Positions 63,979 through 64,000 of a stretch of 64,000 nt of DNA are shown piece after piece. The notes under the pieces are model-generated. The model was not told the DNA's origin, did not search any database, and saw only the letters and a program-made list of their open reading frames with translations. This DNA is from a phage, in the sequence record PX436236.1. One strand, given 5' to 3'. Both the position numbers and the translations under genes were made by a program. Every line of letters begins with the position of its first letter. The first letter of the stretch is position 1.

Positions 63979-64000
63979 TGTTTTGTGCAATTATTTTTCG

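Noticed and set aside
1-64000. tRNA genes, which T4 carries near gene e
   Set aside because: No intergenic gap of suitable size remains after ORF assignment and cloverleaf detection by eye is unreliable; a tRNA scan would be needed.

Overview
This window reads as the early/middle-gene region of a T4-like (Tevenvirinae) myovirus, with every supported gene on the minus strand and gene order colinear with the phage T4 rIIA-to-e segment. Protein identities are from reading the supplied translations against remembered T4 proteins and motifs; no database search was run, so names are hypotheses graded by confidence. Recognisable genes in window order: rIIA, topoisomerase II large subunit (gp39, fused with the gene-60 part), dexA, dda, two Mod-type ADP-ribosyltransferases, soc, gp56, gp61 primase, gp41 helicase, uvsX, gp42 dCMP hydroxymethylase, gp43 DNA polymerase, regA, gp62/44/45 clamp loader and clamp, gp46/47, gp55, nrdC, tk, regB, denV, lysozyme e and nudE. 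The most interesting part is 22518-27253: the T4 beta-glucosyltransferase slot is occupied by an unrelated 297-aa ORF, and a translationally coupled operon of a nucleotidyltransferase/kinase fusion, a HAD phosphatase and a P-loop kinase is inserted directly upstream of gene 42. I interpret this as a candidate phage-encoded donor-synthesis and transfer pathway for a non-T4 hydroxymethylcytosine hypermodification; this is inference and needs biochemical confirmation. Other notable signals are about 17 copies of a conserved early-promoter cassette whose spacer is an inverted repeat of the downstream Shine-Dalgarno region, four internal-protein paralogs sharing the N-terminal capsid-targeting peptide MKTY(Q/K/N)EFI, tandem Dmd-like ORFs, a macro-domain-like protein, three homing-endonuclease genes, and a lone plus-strand membrane ORF. 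No CRISPR array or rRNA was seen; tRNAs cannot be excluded by eye.
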